From Candidatus Levyibacteriota bacterium (lineage in GTDB: Bacteria; Pseudomonadota; Gammaproteobacteria; Burkholderiales; Casimicrobiaceae): a stretch of 47,740 nucleotides of DNA. The position numbers were made by a program, and so were the translations under genes. A model generated the notes under the pieces. That model had not been told where the DNA came from, made no database searches, and saw only the letters and a list, made by a program, of their open reading frames with translations. The stretch lies in contig JBLMVY010000122.1 of NCBI GenBank assembly GCA_050256935.1, positions 1 to 47,740 on the forward strand, read 5' to 3'. Below, piece by piece: positions 43,646 to 47,740 of the stretch; the first letter of the stretch is position 1, and each line of letters opens with the position of its first letter.

Positions 43646-44032
43646 TCACGTGGCGTGCAGCAGGCGCCCCCCGGCGAACGCCCAGTTCTCCCAGGCGGTC
43701 TCCTGGAAGACCACCATCACCTGCTCGGGGTCGAGCCCGGGATCCTCGGCCAGCGCAGCGACGACGTCGGCGACGAGCTTGCGCTTGACCCTGACGCTGC
43801 GTCCGACCGACCAGAGGATCTCGATCAGCGCGAAGTCGGCGCCGCGCGGGCTCGTCGCGTCCGGATACGAAGGGTCGTAGCGGAAGTCGTCGGCGGCAAG
43901 CTCGAGGACGCGCTGGAACCGATCGGTCTGAGGAACGCCGGCGGCCACCAGCGAGCGATGCACCGCGTCGAGCACCGCCGTCTTGAAGGCGGCGTCGCGC
44001 TTGCGGGCCAGGGTCAAGGTCACCAGGGGCAT
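43646..44032 (-). CDS. Tautomerase family protein
   Basis: N-terminal Pro after Met (MPLVTL), VP..DRFQ, GRS...K..L, ENWAFAGG. Confidence 0.85.
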   Translation of the reverse strand: MPLVTLTLARKRDAAFKTAVLDAVHRSLVAAGVPQTDRFQRVLELAADDFRYDPSYPDATSPRGADFALIEILWSVGRSVRVKRKLVADVVAALAEDPGLDPEQVMVVFQETAWENWAFAGGRLLHAT

Positions 44033-44053
44033 GAGCGGCTCCGTTCGTTGGGG

Positions 44054-44410
44054 TCAGACGTAGGGCAGGCTGCGTTGCGGGGGCGCGTCCAGCCAGCGGA
44101 CGACCCGGTCCAGGACCCGCGACACCGCGCCCGGATTCGCCGGCCCGCCCGCCGGCGCGCCGATCGGCGCGAGGTGCCTCGCCCCGGTGATGCTGAACGT
44201 CGCCTCGCCCTGCGCCTCGACGACGGTGTCCCCCGCGCATTCGACGACCCAGTCATCGCCGGCGCGCAGCACGACGTCGTCGCGGCGTCGCTCCTGGGTG
44301 ATCCACAGCGTTCCCCGCGTGACCCGCAGCGTCGCGCCGCGCGTGTCGGGCAGGGTGATCGCCTCGCGCGGTGCGAGGCGCACGACGGTCCCGGTTTCGA
44401 AGAAGGCCAT
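44054..44410 (-). CDS. DUF2917 family protein
   Basis: LRVTRGTLWITQE...DDVVL.AGD. Confidence 0.8.
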   Translation of the reverse strand: MAFFETGTVVRLAPREAITLPDTRGATLRVTRGTLWITQERRRDDVVLRAGDDWVVECAGDTVVEAQGEATFSITGARHLAPIGAPAGGPANPGAVSRVLDRVVRWLDAPPQRSLPYV

Positions 44411-44538
44411 GGCAAAGCTCCTTTCCCATGCGTATGATTCATCCTGGCATCGGGATGCGCGGCGCGCGTCCCGGGGCGAGTGAGGCGATTCTGCTTGGTC
44501 CGCCCTCTTCGCTCAAACGCTGATTCGGAATGATTTGC

Positions 44539-44557
44539 ATGCATTTCAGGAATGCAT
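44539..44557. promoter_or_regulatory. Candidate LysR operator
   Basis: Perfect inverted repeat ATGCATT-tcagg-AATGCAT overlapping the LysR start codon. Confidence 0.55.
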
Positions 44558-45595
44558 AAGACGCTGCGCAGCCTGCCGTCGCTGGACTTCCTCCGGGGTT
44601 TCGAGGCCGCGGGCCGCAAGCTCTCGTTCACGCTCGCCGCGCAGGAGCTGTTCGTCACCCAGTCGGCGCTGTCGCGCCAGATCAAGGCGCTGGAGGATGC
44701 GCTGGGGATCGCGCTGTTCGAGCGCCGGCATCGTGCGCTGGCGCTGACCGTCGCCGGCGCGGCTTACCACCGGTCGATCACCGAGGTCCTCGGTGCACTG
44801 GCCTCGGCCACCGAGCGCACGCGCGGCGGCGCCCGCGCACCGGGGCTCACGCTGTCGACGACGGTGTCCTTCGCATCGCTGTGGATGATCCCGCGGCTCG
44901 CGTCGTTCCGCGAGGCGCATCCGGAGGTCGAGGTCTACGTGTCGGCGGACAACCGCGTCGTCGATCTGGCGCGCGGCGACGTCGACATCGCCGTGCGCTA
45001 CCTGCCCGACGCGGCCGCGCCCAGCGGGGCGACGCGGCTCTTCGGCGAGCGCATGACGCCGGTGGCGAGCCCGCGCGTCGCACGCAGCGGACAGGCGCTG
45101 CGCACCCCGGCCGATCTCGCGCAGCACGTACTGCTCCACTACGACGATCCGGAGGGTCGCACGCCGTGGCTCGACTGGGGGAGCTGGCTCGCCTCGAACG
45201 GCGCCCCGGGCCTGCGGCCCACCGGATCGCTGCGCTTCCGCCTCTACGACCAGGCGGTCCAGGCGGCGGTCGGCGGGCAGGGCGTGGCGCTCGGCCGCCT
45301 GCCGATGATCGCCGAGCACCTGCGCGACGGCCGGCTCGTCGCACCGTTCGCGCGCAAGTACGAGTCGGCGCGAAGCTACTACGCGATCGTCGCGCCCGGC
45401 GCCGGCGAGCGGGACGACGTCGCCGCCTTCCTGCGCTGGATTTCCGCCGAAGCGGCGCGCGAATGTGCGCAGGCCGACGCTCCCGCAGGGCGCAGCGGGC
45501 TGCCACGGCGGGAAGGCGGGTCCGCCGGCAAGAACGGAAGCCGCGCCAACGCCGAAACCCGCGCCAAGCGCGCGGCAGGGCGCCGCAGGTCCTGA
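44552..45595 (+). CDS. LysR family regulator (GcvA-like)
   Basis: LPSLDFLRGFEAAGR.LSFT.AA.EL.VTQSA.SRQIK.LE..LG, W.IPRL..F, GQGVALG; basic C-terminal tail. Confidence 0.92.
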   Translation: MHKTLRSLPSLDFLRGFEAAGRKLSFTLAAQELFVTQSALSRQIKALEDALGIALFERRHRALALTVAGAAYHRSITEVLGALASATERTRGGARAPGLTLSTTVSFASLWMIPRLASFREAHPEVEVYVSADNRVVDLARGDVDIAVRYLPDAAAPSGATRLFGERMTPVASPRVARSGQALRTPADLAQHVLLHYDDPEGRTPWLDWGSWLASNGAPGLRPTGSLRFRLYDQAVQAAVGGQGVALGRLPMIAEHLRDGRLVAPFARKYESARSYYAIVAPGAGERDDVAAFLRWISAEAARECAQADAPAGRSGLPRREGGSAGKNGSRANAETRAKRAAGRRRS

Positions 45596-45640
45596 CCGCA
45601 GTCGCCCGAGCGCGCATCCGGCGAGCCCGCCGTGCCCAGC

Positions 45641-46216
45641 ATGCCCACCATGCCCGGCGTGCACAGCCCTCACGGCGACTTGCCGCCTTCACCGTGGATC
45701 CTGCGCCACGCGCGGCTGGTCGCATCCGGCGCGAGCGTGCTCGACATCGCGGCCGGGCGCGGACGCCATTCCCGGCTGTTCGCGGAGCGCGGGGCGAAGG
45801 TCACCGCGGTCGACCGCGATGCCGCCGGTCTCGCGGCACTCGACGGGCTCGCCGGCGTGCGCACGCTGGTCGCCGACCTCGAAGCGGGCCCGTGGCCGTT
45901 CGCCGGCCGGAGCTTCGATGCGATCGTCGTCGCCAACTACCTGCATCGCCCGCTGTTCGAGCCGCTGCTCGCCGCGCTCGCCCCCGACGGCGTGCTGATC
46001 TACGAGACCTTCGCGATCGGCAACGAGCGCTACGGTCGACCGTCGAATCCCGAGTTCCTGCTGAATCCGGGCGAATTGCTCGAGCGCGTTCGCGGACGGC
46101 TTGTGGTGGTCGCATTCGAGCAGGGCGAAATCCGGCTGCCCCGCCCGGCGGTCGTGCAGCGGCTTGCGGCGGTCGGAACGTCACGCGCCTGGCCGCCGCC
46201 GGCAGAACCCGGGTGA
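45641..46216 (+). CDS. Class I SAM-dependent methyltransferase
   Basis: VLDIAAGRGRH, VDRD, ADLE, VVANYLHRP, LIYETFA.GN; start ambiguous among 45632, 45641 and 45650. Confidence 0.85.
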   Translation: MPTMPGVHSPHGDLPPSPWILRHARLVASGASVLDIAAGRGRHSRLFAERGAKVTAVDRDAAGLAALDGLAGVRTLVADLEAGPWPFAGRSFDAIVVANYLHRPLFEPLLAALAPDGVLIYETFAIGNERYGRPSNPEFLLNPGELLERVRGRLVVVAFEQGEIRLPRPAVVQRLAAVGTSRAWPPPAEPG

Positions 46217-46319
46217 CGGGCGCCGATTCGTCGCCGATGGGAGACACTTGCCTCTGCGGCAGGCGCATCCGGGCGGGAGGGGAATCGGGTAGAATTCGTC
46301 ATTTTCCCGACGGCCCTTC

Positions 46320-47201
46320 ATGCTCCAAGGCAGCCTTTGCGCCATCGTCACGCCGATGCAGCCCGGCGGCGCCCTCGACCTCCCGGCGCTGCGCAGGCTG
46401 ATCGACTTCCATGTCGATAACGGCACCGCGGGGATCGTCATCGTCGGCACGACCGGCGAATCCCCGACCGTCGATTTCGACGAGCACTGCGAGCTGATCA
46501 AGACCTCGATCGAGCACGCCGCCGGCCGGATCCCGATCATCGCGGGCACGGGTGCCAATTCGACGTCGGAGGCGATTGCGCTGACGCGCTACGCCAAGGG
46601 CGTCGGCGCGGCCGCCTGCCTGTCCGTCGTTCCCTACTACAACAAGCCGACGCAGGAAGGGCTGTACCGGCATTTCAGGGCGATCGCCGAGGCGGTCGAC
46701 CTGCCGCTGATGCTGTACAACGTGCCCGGGCGCACGGTCGCCGATCTCGCCAACGACACGGTGCTGCGGCTCGCCGAGGTGCCGGGCATCATAGGGCTGA
46801 AGGACGCGACCTCGGACCTCGTGCGCCATGTCGAGCTGCGGCGACGGCTCGCGGGGCGTCAATTCGGCCTTTATTCCGGCAACGACGACACGGCGCTGCC
46901 CTATATGCTCCTCGGGGGCGACGGTGTCATCTCGGTGACCGCGAACGTTGCGCCCCGCGCGATGTCGCAGATGTGCGCGGCGGCGCTGGCCGGCGACGTC
47001 GCCCTGGCCCGCGAGCGCAATGCGCGCCTGATGGGCCTGCACGCGCGCCTGTTCGTCGAGTCGAATCCGACCCCCGTCAAGTGGGCGCTCGCCGAGATGG
47101 GACTGATCCACAACGAATTGAGGCTGCCGCTGATTCCGCTGTCGCCGCAACACCATGACGCGGTTCGCGCCGCGTTGCGCGAAGCGGGCTGCGTCGCCTA
47201 G
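46320..47201 (+). CDS. dapA: 4-hydroxy-tetrahydrodipicolinate synthase
   Basis: [41 protein letters not shown]. Confidence 0.96.
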   Translation: MLQGSLCAIVTPMQPGGALDLPALRRLIDFHVDNGTAGIVIVGTTGESPTVDFDEHCELIKTSIEHAAGRIPIIAGTGANSTSEAIALTRYAKGVGAAACLSVVPYYNKPTQEGLYRHFRAIAEAVDLPLMLYNVPGRTVADLANDTVLRLAEVPGIIGLKDATSDLVRHVELRRRLAGRQFGLYSGNDDTALPYMLLGGDGVISVTANVAPRAMSQMCAAALAGDVALARERNARLMGLHARLFVESNPTPVKWALAEMGLIHNELRLPLIPLSPQHHDAVRAALREAGCVA

Positions 47202-47213
47202 AGGTTACCCGCA

Positions 47214-47740
47214 ATGAATCGAACCCTGTCCTTCCTCGCACCTGCGCTGGCCGCGCTGGCTCTCGTCTCGCTCTCCGGCTGCGAATCGATGTCGTCGCTG
47301 GGCAAGCAGATCGACTACAAGTCGGCCTCCTCGGCGCCGTCCCTCGAGATTCCGCCCGATCTCGCCACGCCCAAGTACGACGATCGCTACGCGGTCACGA
47401 CCGCGTCCGGGATGGCTGCGAAGAGCGCAACCGAGCCCGCGCCGGCGGACGTTCTTCCGGTGCGCGACGGCGACGCGCGGATCGCGCGCGAGGGCAACGA
47501 GCGCTGGCTGGTGGTCAAGGCGACGCCGGAGCAGGCGTGGAACACCGTGCACAAGTTCTGGACCGACACCGGCTTCGTCATCGCCAAGGAGCATCCCGAC
47601 CTCGGCATCATGGAGACCGACTGGGCGGAGAACCGGGCGGAGATTCCCCAGGACCCAGTCCGCAAGTACATCGGCAAGTACGTCGACATCTTCTATTCGA
47701 CCTACAAGCGCGACAAGTTCCGCACCCGCATCGAGCGGGG
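47214..47740 (+). CDS. bamC: Outer membrane assembly lipoprotein BamC/NlpB (truncated by window end)
   Basis: Manual translation MNRTLSFLAPALAALALVSLSGC (lipobox), IDYKSA, LEIPPDL, RWLVV, GIMETDWAENRA; follows dapA. Confidence 0.88.
   Translation, partial: MNRTLSFLAPALAALALVSLSGCESMSSLGKQIDYKSASSAPSLEIPPDLATPKYDDRYAVTTASGMAAKSATEPAPADVLPVRDGDARIAREGNERWLVVKATPEQAWNTVHKFWTDTGFVIAKEHPDLGIMETDWAENRAEIPQDPVRKYIGKYVDIFYSTYKRDKFRTRIER

Noticed and set aside
45632-45667. 9-nt tandem repeat giving several in-frame start codons for the methyltransferase
   Set aside because: It is short and degenerate, and only makes the start position ambiguous.
46217-46319. Lysine riboswitch upstream of dapA
   Set aside because: The spacer is only about 100 nt and a TAGAAT -10 lies 24 nt before the ATG, leaving no room for the aptamer.

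Overview
GC-rich chromosomal segment, most likely from a betaproteobacterium (inferred from gene content and synteny such as hldD-comEA-cysM, rsxB-nth-DUF1841 and MTase-dapA-bamC). It holds about 53 CDSs and one tRNA-Ser(UGA). Most are housekeeping: trxA, fdxA, nth, corA, pncB, rlmD, tsaB-rimI-UDG, lemA-TPM, lplT, alr, hldD, cysM, selU, tesA-ybbAP, clpB, dapA, bamC. An accessory block at about 30.3-40.9 kb carries a tupBCA-type tungstate importer, a FecCD/MolBC-like permease plus ATPase with no binding protein, an excisionase-HTH/PBP oxyanion regulator, a mono-heme cytochrome c, a SnoaL protein, an orphan aromatic-type solute-binding protein, a NagI-like gentisate dioxygenase and a double-CDGSH Fe-S protein. 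I saw no CRISPR array, integrase, transposase or prophage. The most notable signals are the composite W/Mo uptake locus with a candidate TGCA operator, a recurring leaderless promoter architecture (TANNNT 5-6 nt before ATG) at six genes, a duplicated ComEA with a histone-H1-like tail, and a stand-alone IPTL-CTERM surface protein. All calls come from motif recognition by eye; no database search was run, and none of these signals is established as a new system.
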